Shown piece by piece: positions 7,586-18,091 of a DNA stretch of 50,932 nt. Under the pieces are notes generated by a model that was not told where the DNA came from, searched no databases, and saw nothing but the letters and a program-made list of their open reading frames with translations. The stretch's first letter is position 1. Each line of letters opens with the position of its first letter. The stretch is from Candidatus Sericytochromatia bacterium (GTDB taxonomy: Bacteria; Cyanobacteriota; Sericytochromatia; S15B-MN24; JAQBPE01). The translations under genes were made by a program, and so were the position numbers. The stretch spans positions 1-50,932 of the forward strand of contig JAYKHR010000110.1 in the NCBI GenBank assembly GCA_035285125.1. The letters are read 5' to 3'.

Positions 7586-8701
7586 GTGCCCCCCCTGCCA
7601 TCACCCGTGACCCCCTTGGACGATCTTACAGGCGCCCCGATCTCAGACCCCGTCTACCGCTTCCCCTGGCAGACGCTTGAGGCGATCGTCGAGGGCAGGT
7701 CGGCGATCGACCTGACGGGCCTGCGCGTGAGCAGGCGGGAAGCCGCCCTCGACTTCTTGCGGGCCTACGGGCTCGACCCGGAAGACCCCCTCGACGAGGC
7801 CGAGCTGCGCAGCATCGCCGGCCAAACCCGCCACTTCGTGTCGGCCGTGCTGCTACCTTGGGAGGGGCTCACGGGTCTGCCTACGGAGTTGCCGAGTTCG
7901 TACCCCGAGCTGATTTTGCTAGCCTCCACCCCTGACCACCACCTGCGCAACTGGGCCTGCTCGTTTCTCAAGGTCAGCCATGCCGTGGCCCACGCGCGCT
8001 TCACGCAGGACCCCGCCCTGCTCGACGCAGCCCGCGCGCAAATCTTCGAGAGCTTCTCAGCGCACATCAGGGCCGGACACCAGCGCCTGATCGTCACGGA
8101 CGGGGAAATGAGCATCCCCCTGGTGCGCTGCGACTTCAAGCCCCAGAAGCCCTGGGAGAGCCTGGTGCTCAAGCTGTTGCACAAGGTCGACAACGTGGCC
8201 CAAGAGGTCTATGACCACCTCGGCGTGCGCTTCGTGACGCCAGACAAGGCCTACGCTCTGCTGCTGCTGAAGTACCTCCGGGCCAACAATGTCTTCGCCT
8301 ACCCCAACGTCAAGCCCAGCCGCTCGGTGAACACACTCGTCGACATGGAAGCCTTCCGCACGGGCTTCGAAGAGCTCGAGGAGGCCTACCACCAGGGCGA
8401 GCTGACCTTCCGGGAGTTCACCGGGGCCGTGCACCAGCTCGGCGCGGCGCCCAGGCGGGAGCATGAACGCAACCCCCACAGCGCCGCGACCTACCAGACC
8501 ATGCAGTTCACGGCGCGGGCCCTCGTTCGCCTCCGGCGAGACGGCGGGGTTCAGCGGGCCTTCATCCCCTTCGAGGTGCAGATCATGGACGAGGCTTCTT
8601 ACCTCGCCAACCAGGGGGGGGAGGCTGCCCACGAAGCCTACCGCGTTCGTCAGCGCAACGCCGTTTGCAGGCGCGTGTTTCCGTGGCACGTAGCCCCCTG
8701 A
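7586..8701 (+). CDS. TIGR04552-like protein (RelA/SpoT-type nucleotidyltransferase fold)
   Basis: [51 protein letters not shown] and GEAAHEAYR match this family as recalled. Confidence 0.75.
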   Translation: MPPLPSPVTPLDDLTGAPISDPVYRFPWQTLEAIVEGRSAIDLTGLRVSRREAALDFLRAYGLDPEDPLDEAELRSIAGQTRHFVSAVLLPWEGLTGLPTELPSSYPELILLASTPDHHLRNWACSFLKVSHAVAHARFTQDPALLDAARAQIFESFSAHIRAGHQRLIVTDGEMSIPLVRCDFKPQKPWESLVLKLLHKVDNVAQEVYDHLGVRFVTPDKAYALLLLKYLRANNVFAYPNVKPSRSVNTLVDMEAFRTGFEELEEAYHQGELTFREFTGAVHQLGAAPRREHERNPHSAATYQTMQFTARALVRLRRDGGVQRAFIPFEVQIMDEASYLANQGGEAAHEAYRVRQRNAVCRRVFPWHVAP

Positions 8702-8765
8702 AGGGAGCCGGCCAGGGTCCGTGTGGTATGCTTGGGCTCCCCGATACCTGGAAGGAGTAGACCCA

Positions 8766-9302
8766 ATGGTGCGCAAGGCACTCATCATTTCGGCCCTCAG
8801 CCTGACCCTCGCGGGGTGCCCCGCCGGCCAGCAAGAGGCGACCAGCAGCCCCTCGCCCAACCCCGACGAGCAGCCGGCAGCGGCCTCCGCGGCCCCCTCT
8901 CCGAGCGCGACGCCTGTGGCCGCGGACAAGGGTGAGGTCATTAGCACGCAGGCCAAGGTCAAGACGGCCAGCGGCCTGGGCTACACGGTCCTGCAGGAGG
9001 GCAAGAAAGACGCCCCCGTGGCGAAGTCCGGCGATACCGTCGTCGTGCACTACACGGGCTGGCTGACCAACGGGACCAAGTTCGACTCGTCGCTGGATCG
9101 CAACCAGCCGTTCGACTTCCGGCTCGGCCAGGGCATGGTCATCAAGGGCTGGGACGAGGGCGTGGCCGGCATGAAAATCGGCGAGAAGCGCAAGCTCGTG
9201 ATTCCCTCCGAGCTGGGCTACGGCGAGCGCGGCGCCGGCGGCGGGCAGATCCCGCCGAACTCGACGCTGGTCTTCGAGGTCGAGCTGCTCGAACTCCGCT
9301 GA
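8766..9302 (+). CDS. FKBP-type peptidyl-prolyl isomerase, lipoprotein
   Basis: [22 protein letters not shown] and [13 protein letters not shown]; lipobox LAGC; RBS GAAGGAG; extended -10 TGGTATGCT upstream. Confidence 0.95.
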   Translation: MVRKALIISALSLTLAGCPAGQQEATSSPSPNPDEQPAAASAAPSPSATPVAADKGEVISTQAKVKTASGLGYTVLQEGKKDAPVAKSGDTVVVHYTGWLTNGTKFDSSLDRNQPFDFRLGQGMVIKGWDEGVAGMKIGEKRKLVIPSELGYGERGAGGGQIPPNSTLVFEVELLELR

Positions 9303-10133
9303 ATGCGGGTCTGCCGCAGCTTCGAAACGCTGCTGGGCGGCGCCTTGCTGGGTGCCGCCCTCTCGCTGTCACAACCCGAGCCTGCGCTGGCCTGTGGGCC
9401 CCTCGCGCACGCCGTGAGCGCCGACCGTGCCTTCGCGCAGATGGTGTCCCGGCAGCCCTGGCTTGCCCCCTTCCGAGACGCCTTCATCTGGGGTGCCGTG
9501 GCCCCGGATGTGCATGAGGCGCCGGGGGCCGGACACCTCAGCCGGGCTCGCACCCATGCCCCCAGCACGCTCGCCTCGCTGTGGCGAGGTGCGCCCGACG
9601 CGACCGGGCGGGCCTTCGTGCTCGGCTGGGCGGCTCATATGGGCGCAGACGCCGACGCCGAGGCCTCAGCCGCCCGCGACCTCTGTCTTGATGCCGCGTT
9701 GCTGCCGGGCGCCAGCCAACAACTGCAGGCGATGGCCGTCGCGGCCTGGCGCCACTCGGGCGGCGCCGCAGGCGCAGCCGTGCAGGGCGTGCTGCTGCAC
9801 CCCTTGGGGCTCGACGCTGCCACCTACACGGGCTGGGCGAGCCTGACGGCGGCGATGGCGGGCCGAGGGCCCGACCGCTACCTTCGCGAGCGGGCGCGCT
9901 TCCTCAGGCTGGAGCGCGACCTCGACAGGCTTCGCAGCCCGGAGGCCCGCGAGACCCTGGGCGACCCCGCCGCGATCATCGCCGAGGCCAGCCAGGCGGC
10001 CAGGCAGGCCGTCGAACGTCTGCTCGGGGGGGCGGCGCCTCAGGCACCTTCGGCGAGGTCGGGCTGCGGCAGGGCCGGCAGGGCAGTCACCGCCTTGAGC
10101 GTCCGGGAAACGTTGATCCGCCCGAAGCCGTAG
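9303..10133 (+). CDS. Zinc-dependent phospholipase C-family secreted protein
   Basis: Signal peptide followed by CGPLAH, AFIWGAVAPD and GWAAHMGAD. The 3' end overlaps the convergent S8 gene by 94 nt. Confidence 0.6.
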   Translation: MRVCRSFETLLGGALLGAALSLSQPEPALACGPLAHAVSADRAFAQMVSRQPWLAPFRDAFIWGAVAPDVHEAPGAGHLSRARTHAPSTLASLWRGAPDATGRAFVLGWAAHMGADADAEASAARDLCLDAALLPGASQQLQAMAVAAWRHSGGAAGAAVQGVLLHPLGLDAATYTGWASLTAAMAGRGPDRYLRERARFLRLERDLDRLRSPEARETLGDPAAIIAEASQAARQAVERLLGGAAPQAPSARSGCGRAGRAVTALSVRETLIRPKP

Positions 10134-10987
10134 TCCGGGTGGAAGTCGCTGCCGCCCAGCCTGTCGGCGGCCTGCTGGATGACGGCCTTGACCTCGTGCG
10201 GACGGAGGTCAGGCCTCAGGGCCAGCACCAGCGCGGCCAGGCCAGAGACGTGCGGGGCCGCCGCACTCGTGCCACCGAAGGTGCCGTAGAGCCGGCCTTG
10301 AGCCCGCGGGAAGGTCGTCATCACCCCGTCGGAAGGGGCGGTGACGGAGATGAAGTTCCCGGTGGGGGAGCACGCCGCCCGCCGATCGTGCCGGTCCGTG
10401 CCGCCTGCCGAGATCAGGCCCCGGAAGTCCCACAGGACACTCCACGTGCCGGGAAAGGGCGGGGGGCTCAGCGCGGGACCAGCGGCGCACACCACGACCA
10501 CGTTGTGGCGAAGGGCGAAGCGGATGGCGTCCGCGAGGTCCTCGAGCGTATCCTCCGTGAGCCCGTGCTCCCACTGCACGACGCCCACGCTCGCGTTGAT
10601 CACGCTGGCCCCCTCCCGCACGGCCCAGCGGATGCCCTGGGCGATGTGCTCTGCGGAGACCGCCCCCGTCCCGGGTTCGTTGACCTTGACGGGCAGGATG
10701 CGGCACTCCGGGGCCACGCCGGAGAAGCCTCGGCCGTTGTTGCCCCGGGCTGCGATGAGGCCTGCAACGGCCGTGCCGTGGCCGTTGTCATCCACGGAAG
10801 AGCGCCGCGGAGAGGCCACGTTGAAGCCGCGAAGCACCCTTCCGGCCAGCTCGGGGTGGTCGGGATCCACCCCGGTATCCACCACTGCCACGACAACGTC
10901 GCGGTGGGCGCGGGTGATGTTCCAGGCGGGCGGGGCGTCAATGCGACGCAGGGACCACTGCCAGCGTTGGGGGGTGTGTTCGTCCAT
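10040..10987 (-). CDS. S8 subtilisin-like serine peptidase
   Basis: Catalytic triad motifs VVDTG, HGTAVAG and GTSAAAPHVSG. Start taken at ATG 10987. Confidence 0.9.
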   Translation of the reverse strand: MDEHTPQRWQWSLRRIDAPPAWNITRAHRDVVVAVVDTGVDPDHPELAGRVLRGFNVASPRRSSVDDNGHGTAVAGLIAARGNNGRGFSGVAPECRILPVKVNEPGTGAVSAEHIAQGIRWAVREGASVINASVGVVQWEHGLTEDTLEDLADAIRFALRHNVVVVCAAGPALSPPPFPGTWSVLWDFRGLISAGGTDRHDRRAACSPTGNFISVTAPSDGVMTTFPRAQGRLYGTFGGTSAAAPHVSGLAALVLALRPDLRPHEVKAVIQQAADRLGGSDFHPDYGFGRINVSRTLKAVTALPALPQPDLAEGA

Positions 10988-11220
10988 AACCTGGGTTCGT
11001 TGCGTGCGAGGGCCTGACGCCCAGGCCAGCATGGCGCACGGGGCTGGTCGTCGTCGGTGACGTTGGCCGCGCGGCCCGCAAGGCCGGCGCCAGCGGGCGG
11101 CCCTCCATTCTGACACACCCCCGAGCCCGGCGCCACCGGCCGTGAGGCCCGGGCCCCGAGCCCCGACTACACCGCGGCCGGGCTGACGCGGTATAACTGG
11201 GGCCCAGAGCGCAGATCACG

Positions 11221-12021
11221 ATGGCAGACCTCACCCCGTTCGAGCAGGCCCTTGCAGCGGCCACCGAGGGCCCCGCGCCCGGTGGCGGGCAACTGGGCTG
11301 CGCGCTGGATCGTTGCCTGGACAGCCACCGCGAGCGGATGGCCGGCGTTCGGTCCCTCGGCGACCCCACGCGCGAGGGGGACCTGTACGCCGCCGTGGAT
11401 GCGCTCACGGCCGAGTTGCGGCAGCTACACCCCGACACCCGCTGCCGCCGCGGCTGCAGCGGGTGCTGCGAGACGCCCACCGCCGTCTTCGAGGTCACGG
11501 CGCGGGAGTGGCTGGCGATCGAGCACCACGTGCTGGGGATCTGGGATGAAGCCCGCCGCGAACGCCTGGTGTCACGGGTCGAGGCCAGCCACGCCCGACA
11601 CCTGACGGCCTACGGGGCCCTGAGGTGGCTGGGGCACTTCGAGCCGCTCGCCGCCTGGTACTTCAGGCGCCACGGCTACGTTTGCCCCTTCCTCGAGGAG
11701 GGGGCCTGCGGCATCTACCCCGTGCGCCCCCTCGTCTGCCGGATGTACGGCCACTTCACGACCCGGGCCAGGTGGCGGCGGCGGCGGGGCATCTACGGCT
11801 GCCGCCTGCAGGCCGACTACCACGAGACGCGCCTGGTGGATGGACGTCCCCAGCTGCCGGACGCGGAGGGCGTGTGGGCCAAGGCCAGAAGGCTCGCGCG
11901 GGAGCCTTTCTGGCGCTGGTGGCAGCAGCCAAGGCTCCTGCCCGAGTGGGTCGCGGCCCGGCTCATCGAACGCCCGGGCAGGCCCTCGTGCGGGACACAG
12001 GCCGGCGGAGGCCCCGCGTGA
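11221..12021 (+). CDS. YkgJ-family cysteine-cluster (Zn/Fe) protein
   Basis: CRRGCSGCC and CPFLEEGACGIYPVRPLVCRMYG. Confidence 0.85.
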   Translation: MADLTPFEQALAAATEGPAPGGGQLGCALDRCLDSHRERMAGVRSLGDPTREGDLYAAVDALTAELRQLHPDTRCRRGCSGCCETPTAVFEVTAREWLAIEHHVLGIWDEARRERLVSRVEASHARHLTAYGALRWLGHFEPLAAWYFRRHGYVCPFLEEGACGIYPVRPLVCRMYGHFTTRARWRRRRGIYGCRLQADYHETRLVDGRPQLPDAEGVWAKARRLAREPFWRWWQQPRLLPEWVAARLIERPGRPSCGTQAGGGPA

Positions 12022-13664
12022 AGGGCCCGTGGTCGAAGGGCCGGCCTGCGCGCCACCTGCTGGCCGCAGCCGTGATGCTGGCAGGCCTCGGGGCGGCCAC
12101 GTGGTGGCACCGGCGGGCCACCACGGCCACCCTTGCCCCGCTGACGGTGCCCGCCGACGCGGCAGCGCGCCTCCTGCCCCTCGTGCTGCCTGGCTACCCG
12201 CGCGAGCTACCCTGGCTGCAGACCCGAACCGGCGCCGTCAGGGCCGTGGAAGGGCGCATCGACGCCGTGGCAGCCGTATCCGAGGCCCGCACCGGTCAGC
12301 CGCTCTGGGGCGTCGCCTACACCTGGCTGGCGGCGCCGGATCGCGCGGGGGGGCGGGCCGCGCTGCCGGGCTTCGCCGTCGTCGCGCCGCCGGGGGCCAG
12401 CGGCCCGGGCAGGCTGGTGTATAGCGCCCCGCCCACCGCCGGGTGGGAGGAGACGGGCCGCGGGGTGTATGAGGGCACGGTCGAGGTGGCGGCCGAGGTC
12501 GAGGCCGTGCAGTGGACGCCGCAGGACGCCGGGTTCCTGGTGCGCCACGCCGTTGAGGCGACACTCGGGGGGCGCCTCGGGCACGGAGAGGCGCGGGCGT
12601 TCGTCAGCGGGTTGGGAGGCTGGGAGCTGGCCTGGGAGCACGCCACGCTGGAACGCCACCGGCCGGACCGGAGCCTGGAGGTCTCCAGAGAGGCCGCCGT
12701 GGAGGCCGTGGACCTCGACGGGCAGGGCGAGCGCGCGCTGGTCGTCAGCCCCTCCTGGTACATCCGCCAGCTGGGCGGGAACGATCGCGGCATCCACTTC
12801 ACGGCAGAGGGGCCCGGACGTTTCGTGCACCGGCGCGACGGCACGCAGTTTCAGCAGACCCAGTTCGATCCGGGCACCGGGAAGCTGGCTCGCATCCGTT
12901 CCGCCAAGCCTCTGTACGCGGTGCGGGCCCAGCGGCCCCCGACCATCGACGCCCGCTTCGACGACTGGGAGGCGGTGGAAGCCAGCCACCTCGGGGCGGT
13001 CTGGCTGGACGACCCGGAGCTCCTGCGCTGGCAGCACAGGGCTCGCAGGGGAAGCCACGATTTCAGCGGCGCGGCCAGGCTCCTCTGGGACCTCGAGGCG
13101 CTTTACGTGCGGCTGGAGGTGATGGACGACCACGTCGTCGTGGGCGGCCCGGGCAGCCTGCTGTACCAGGGCGATCACGTGGGGTTCTGGCTCGACAGAG
13201 ACCTCGAGCGAGACTTCGATCGCGGCGTGCGGGACATGGACGACTGGCAGCTCGGGCTGGCGCCGCAGAGCGCCGAAGGTGGCAGAGCCAGCGGTGGGCG
13301 GGGCTGGGCTTGGGTGCCACGGGCGGGCGAGGGGGGCATCCGCGTCGCCACGGCCCCGCTCCTCGACCCCTTCGACGAGGCCGTGCGAGGGTGGCAGCTG
13401 GAGGCAGCTGTGCCCTGGAATGCCATCGGCGGCCCGCCCCCGCTCGCGGCGACCGCGGGCGGCCTGCTGCCCGACCCGCGCGGGGAGCTCCAGGCTCGCC
13501 GCTACAAATTACACCCGGCCGGCCTGATGGGGCTGGCCATGGTGCTGACGGATGCCGACAAGGCTCCCCAGGAACTCGCCTTCGTCACGTCCCGTGGCCT
13601 GGGCTGGGGGGAGCCGCGCACGTTCAACCCCCTGCTGCTGGTCGAGGCACTGCCCGCACGCTGA
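12018..13664 (+). CDS. Membrane-anchored protein with a C-terminal CBM9/DOMON-like sugar-binding domain
   Basis: GTGA overlap with the upstream gene; N-terminal TM helix; PTIDARFDDW, LLWD..ALY..LEVMDD, GDHV.FWLD and WQLEAAVPW. Confidence 0.65.
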   Translation: MKGPWSKGRPARHLLAAAVMLAGLGAATWWHRRATTATLAPLTVPADAAARLLPLVLPGYPRELPWLQTRTGAVRAVEGRIDAVAAVSEARTGQPLWGVAYTWLAAPDRAGGRAALPGFAVVAPPGASGPGRLVYSAPPTAGWEETGRGVYEGTVEVAAEVEAVQWTPQDAGFLVRHAVEATLGGRLGHGEARAFVSGLGGWELAWEHATLERHRPDRSLEVSREAAVEAVDLDGQGERALVVSPSWYIRQLGGNDRGIHFTAEGPGRFVHRRDGTQFQQTQFDPGTGKLARIRSAKPLYAVRAQRPPTIDARFDDWEAVEASHLGAVWLDDPELLRWQHRARRGSHDFSGAARLLWDLEALYVRLEVMDDHVVVGGPGSLLYQGDHVGFWLDRDLERDFDRGVRDMDDWQLGLAPQSAEGGRASGGRGWAWVPRAGEGGIRVATAPLLDPFDEAVRGWQLEAAVPWNAIGGPPPLAATAGGLLPDPRGELQARRYKLHPAGLMGLAMVLTDADKAPQELAFVTSRGLGWGEPRTFNPLLLVEALPAR

Positions 13665-13725
13665 AGGCCCGGCTCCGGGTACAATCTCTCGGCCAATGCT
13701 CATCCCCGAGGGAGACCCCGTCGAC

Positions 13726-14817
13726 ATGCCCGTCACCCAAGCCCCCGTCTGGAACTTCTACGCCGGCCCAGCCACGCTGCCCAGGCCTGTCCTGCAGCAG
13801 GCGCAAGACGAGCTGCTGGACTTCGCCGGCACGGGGATGTCCGTGATGGAAATCAGCCACCGCGCGAAGCCCTACATGGCGGTGCAGGCCGATGCAGAGG
13901 CCCGCCTGCGCGAGCTCCTGGGGGTCCCCGACACCCACCGCGTGCTCTTCTTGCAGGGGGGCGCGACGCTGCAGTTCGCGATGGTCCCGATGAACCTTCG
14001 GCGCCCCGGCCAGACGGCGGCCTACGTCCACACCGGCGAGTGGGCCGGCAAGGCCTACAAGGAGGCCAAGCTGCTCGGCGACGCCACGCTGCTGGGCTCC
14101 AGCGAAGACACGCGCTTCGACCGCATCCCCGGCGTTGGGGCGGTGTCCGAGAACCTGGCCTACCTCCACGTGACCTCCAACGAAACCGTCCAGGGCATCC
14201 AGTGGCAGGCCTGGCCCGAGGCCAGCACCGTGCCGCTGGTGGCGGACATGTCGAGCGACATCCTCAGCCGGGCCATCGACGTCAGCCGCTTCGGGCTCAT
14301 CTACGCGGGCGCTCAGAAAAACCTGGGCCCTTCCGGCGTGACGGTGGTGATCGTGCGGGAGGACCTGGTGGCGCGGGCGCCCGCAGGCCTGCCCACGATG
14401 ATGGCCTACGACACCCACGTGAAGGCGGATTCGATGTACAACACCCCCCCCACCTTGGCGGTCTACCTGCTCCGCGAGGTGCTGGCCTGGATGGGCAAGG
14501 AGGGTGGTCTCGAGGCGATCGCCGCCCGGAACGCGCGCAAGGCCGCCAGGCTGTACGGGGTCATCGACCGTCACCCCGACCTCTACGAGGGGCACGCCCG
14601 GCCTGAGGCGCGCTCGGCGATGAACGTCACGTTCCGGCTGCCAGACCCCGCCATGGAGCAGGCCTTCCTCAAGCTGGCCGAATCCCACGGCCTGGTCGGG
14701 CTCGCCGGGCATCGCTCGGTGGGCGGGTGCCGGGCCTCCATCTACAACGCCATGCCCGAGGCTGGCGTGGAGGCGCTGGCCCTGTTCATGGAAGGCTTCG
14801 CGCGCCAGGGCGCCTGA
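13726..14817 (+). CDS. serC: Phosphoserine aminotransferase
   Basis: NFYAGPATLP, MEISHR, FLQGGA, DMSS, YAGAQKNLGPSG and GHRSVGG.RASIYNA. Confidence 0.97.
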   Translation: MPVTQAPVWNFYAGPATLPRPVLQQAQDELLDFAGTGMSVMEISHRAKPYMAVQADAEARLRELLGVPDTHRVLFLQGGATLQFAMVPMNLRRPGQTAAYVHTGEWAGKAYKEAKLLGDATLLGSSEDTRFDRIPGVGAVSENLAYLHVTSNETVQGIQWQAWPEASTVPLVADMSSDILSRAIDVSRFGLIYAGAQKNLGPSGVTVVIVREDLVARAPAGLPTMMAYDTHVKADSMYNTPPTLAVYLLREVLAWMGKEGGLEAIAARNARKAARLYGVIDRHPDLYEGHARPEARSAMNVTFRLPDPAMEQAFLKLAESHGLVGLAGHRSVGGCRASIYNAMPEAGVEALALFMEGFARQGA

Positions 14818-14882
14818 GCCGCTGAGGGCCCCGCGTGGCGGGCGACACCGCAGGCCAGCCCCACGTGTGAGAAACACGGGGG

Positions 14883-16139
14883 GTGTCGGGCATAAGGCCT
14901 GTGACCGTCCTCCCTGCGTCGTCCAGAAAGGTGTCCCCACCGGTGCTCCGTCCACTCGCCACCGTGCTCTCCCTTGCCCTGCTCGGGGGCTGTGCGTCCA
15001 AGGCCGCCGAGGAGGCCGGGTCCCCGGCGCCGTCTGCCGCCCCATCGGCCGCCGGCTCACCGATTGCCGGCGCGGCGCTCGCCAGCCCGATGGCCTCTGG
15101 GGCCGCTCCCGCAAGCGCAGCCCCAGCTCGTGAGCGCTCCGCCAAGGCACGCGAGGAGGCCAGAGGCATCTACGTGACGGCCACCAGCATGGTGCTGCCA
15201 CGCTACGCAGACATGCTCAAAGCCCTCCGGGCCTCCGGCGGCAACCAGATCGTGTTCGACGCCAAGGACGAGGGCGGCATTGTCTCCTGGAAGTCCCAGG
15301 TGCCGCTGGCGAAGGCCATCAAGGCCGACGCGGAGGGGCCCATCCGGGACCTCAAGGCCAAGGTGGACCAGGCCCACAAGGCGGGCGTGCGCGTGGCGGG
15401 CCGCGTGGTCTGTTTCCACGACCCCATCTTGGCCAGGGCCCGGCCGGCTCTCGCTGCGAAGCGCGCTGGCGGGGGCGTCTGGAAGGAGCTCGGGCGCCAG
15501 AGCTGGCTGGACCCCTCGCTGAAAGAGGCCCAGGACTACAACATCGACATCGCCAAGGAGATGGTCGCGGCCGGCGTCGACGAGATCCAGTTCGACTACA
15601 TCCGCTTCCCGGCGATGGGTGACACGCAAAACGCCCGCTATGCCTTCGATATGGCCAAGGTCCAGAAGCACGAGATCATCACGGGCTTCTTGAAGCGGGC
15701 CTACGAGACCCTCAGCCCGCTCGGCGTCGTGGTGTCCGTGGACGTGTACGGCATCATGGCCTGGGCCCAGCCCATCGACGTGCGGATCACGGGCCAGCTG
15801 ATGGAGGACATGGCCCGCCACACGGACGTGATCTGCCCGATGCTCTACCCGTCCCACTTCAATGCCGGCTTCGCCGGCGTGCGCAACCCGGCCGACCAAC
15901 CCTACCAGTTCATGCACAAGGGGCTGACGCTCCTGAACAAGAAGGTGGCCGGCTCGGGCGTGGTGATCCGCCCCTGGATGCAGGCCATGCCCTACCGGGT
16001 GAGCTCTTTCACGCCCCGCTACATCGTGGAACAGCTCAAGGCAGGGCGCGACTGCAAGGCCGTCGGCTATATGATGTGGAACGCTCAGAACCGCTACGAG
16101 ACGGCATTCTCCGGCATGGGCTCCTTCCACGGTCGCTGA
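14883..16139 (+). CDS. Putative glycoside hydrolase (DUF4015-like TIM barrel), lipoprotein; start uncertain
   Basis: Lipobox LGGC; RGIYVT, VFDAKD..G, GVDEIQFDYIRFP, PMLYPSHF and IRPWMQA. Confidence 0.8.
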   Translation: MSGIRPVTVLPASSRKVSPPVLRPLATVLSLALLGGCASKAAEEAGSPAPSAAPSAAGSPIAGAALASPMASGAAPASAAPARERSAKAREEARGIYVTATSMVLPRYADMLKALRASGGNQIVFDAKDEGGIVSWKSQVPLAKAIKADAEGPIRDLKAKVDQAHKAGVRVAGRVVCFHDPILARARPALAAKRAGGGVWKELGRQSWLDPSLKEAQDYNIDIAKEMVAAGVDEIQFDYIRFPAMGDTQNARYAFDMAKVQKHEIITGFLKRAYETLSPLGVVVSVDVYGIMAWAQPIDVRITGQLMEDMARHTDVICPMLYPSHFNAGFAGVRNPADQPYQFMHKGLTLLNKKVAGSGVVIRPWMQAMPYRVSSFTPRYIVEQLKAGRDCKAVGYMMWNAQNRYETAFSGMGSFHGR

Positions 16140-16167
16140 GCGAGAGAGGCACGGGGGACACTGGACG

Positions 16168-16992
16168 ATGGCAGATCGCGACGACCCCAACCAGACGCCG
16201 GAGGGGCAGTTCCTCCGGCCCGAGGTGCCTGCCGACCTCCCCCCGGAGGCCTCGATTCGCGAGCGCGTGGAGCAGGGCCGCAACGAGCTGTTGCACAAGG
16301 GCGCGGACTGGCTCATCAAGACCGGGGCGGCCCACCCACGGCTCCGCCTGGTGGGCATGCGCGCCTATGACCTGGCCACGCGGCTGATCCCCCGCGGCCG
16401 CGAGGTCGCCAGGCTGGGCTCGGTGGGTCCCGGGATGTTCCGCGGGGCCCAGCCGGGCAGAGGCGGCTTTCGGACGCTGCGGGAGATGGGCGTCGACACC
16501 GTCATCAACCTGCGGCCCGAGTCGGATCGGGAGCGCGACCTCGTGTTGCGACTGGGCTTCCGGTACGTCTACCTGCCCATGCCGCCGCTGGGTGCCCCCA
16601 CCCACGAGCTCACGCTGGAGATCCTTCACGCCGCGACAGACCCGGCCCACGGCGTGGTGTTCTTTCACTGCTACCACGGCGTGGACCGCACGGGCGTCGT
16701 GGCGGCGTGTCTGCGCATCGCCCGCGACGGGTGGGACGTGGAGCAGGCGCTGGCGGAGATGCTGGCCTTCGGCTTCCACGAGCACGGGCAGCGCGCCAAG
16801 AGTGCCTACCTGGCGGACTTCCACGCCCACTGGTCGGCGCTGCCACCAGCCGAGCAGGCCCGGGTGCTGCACCGGCCCGTGCCCGAAGCTGGTGAATCTG
16901 CCCCGCCGCCCGGCATCTGGACACGGGTGCGGAGCTTCCTCGGGGGATTGGCCCGCCGCCTGGGCGGCCTGCCGGCCGGGCCGACGGCCTGA
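16168..16992 (+). CDS. Protein tyrosine/dual-specificity phosphatase-family protein
   Basis: FRGAQP, TVINLR and the CX5R loop HCYHGVDRTG. Confidence 0.88.
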   Translation: MADRDDPNQTPEGQFLRPEVPADLPPEASIRERVEQGRNELLHKGADWLIKTGAAHPRLRLVGMRAYDLATRLIPRGREVARLGSVGPGMFRGAQPGRGGFRTLREMGVDTVINLRPESDRERDLVLRLGFRYVYLPMPPLGAPTHELTLEILHAATDPAHGVVFFHCYHGVDRTGVVAACLRIARDGWDVEQALAEMLAFGFHEHGQRAKSAYLADFHAHWSALPPAEQARVLHRPVPEAGESAPPPGIWTRVRSFLGGLARRLGGLPAGPTA

Positions 16993-17029
16993 GGAGCAAG
17001 GCGCCCGCTGGACGCCCTATAATCAAAGC

Positions 17030-18091
17030 GTGCCTGTCCGTGCTCGGTTCTATCCGTCAGCTCGTCTCCTCCGCCTCGGCCTGATGCTGGCGGCCGTCGC
17101 CGGTTGTCGGGGCACCCCCTCGTTGCCCGTCGCGCCCAGGCTGGAGAACCCCACTGGCGCGTCGCTGTTCAGCATCGAGATCAAGGCGCCGACTCAGGCC
17201 TTGGCGCTGGGGGGGACGCTGGCCCTCGAGGCGGAGGGGCGCGATGATCGTGACACCCCGATCGCCATCACCCCCACCTGGCGCTCGAGCGACCCCGCCG
17301 TCGCCAGCGTCGACGCGGCCGGGATCGTCACGGGCCGCGCCAAGGGCCTCGTGACCATCACGGCGATCACGCAGAACCCTCCCCGGGAGGCAACTGTCCA
17401 GCTGATGATCGGGGCCGTGGCACCACCGCCGACGGGCGTGGCGCCGCAACCCGGGGCGGAGCCCCTCACCCCAGCGCCTCCCCTGGTGCTCATCCCGGGG
17501 GATGGCACGCAGGCCCCACCGCCGCCCACGGGCTATGGGCTTGCCATCTACCCCGCCGCGCCCCGGGTGGCGCCGGGAGAGACCCTCCGCATGCTCGCTC
17601 TACAAGGGCCCTCAGGCTTTGAGACACCAGCCGCCGCCGTCTGGCGCACCACGGACGCCCGGATTGCGACGGTGGACGACGCCGGCATGGTCACAGGCAT
17701 CCAGGCGGGCACCGTCCGGATCGTGGCCCAGTCGGTGGCCTACCCGGCGCTGGTCCGGGAGATCGCCCTGGCCGTCATTGCCCCGGCGGCGCCAGCGACC
17801 ATCAGTGGCATCCGGTTGCGCCCTTCGCGGGTGGTGATGAACGTGGGCGAGTCGTTCTGGGTGCAGGCCGAGGTCACGACCTTCGGGGGGGGGGTCGATC
17901 CGCAGGTCCGCTGGGAGTCCGGCAACCAGGCCATCGTGACGGTGTCTGCCAGCGGCCAACTCCAGGCGAAGGCGCCTGGCAAGACCACCATCACGGCCTA
18001 TGCCGCGGGGAGCAAGCGGGGCGATCTCTCTGCGACGATCCCGGTCGAGGTTCGCAACTCCGTGCTTGGGCGCATCCGCGACCTGTTCTGA
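17030..18091 (+). CDS. Lipoprotein with three bacterial Ig-like (Big_2) domains
   Basis: Lipobox VAGC; three repeats WRSSDPAVASVD.AG.V, WRTTDARIATVD.AG.V and WESGNQAIVTVS.SG.L. TATAAT (17018-17023) lies 6 nt before GTG. Confidence 0.85.
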   Translation: MPVRARFYPSARLLRLGLMLAAVAGCRGTPSLPVAPRLENPTGASLFSIEIKAPTQALALGGTLALEAEGRDDRDTPIAITPTWRSSDPAVASVDAAGIVTGRAKGLVTITAITQNPPREATVQLMIGAVAPPPTGVAPQPGAEPLTPAPPLVLIPGDGTQAPPPPTGYGLAIYPAAPRVAPGETLRMLALQGPSGFETPAAAVWRTTDARIATVDDAGMVTGIQAGTVRIVAQSVAYPALVREIALAVIAPAAPATISGIRLRPSRVVMNVGESFWVQAEVTTFGGGVDPQVRWESGNQAIVTVSASGQLQAKAPGKTTITAYAAGSKRGDLSATIPVEVRNSVLGRIRDLF

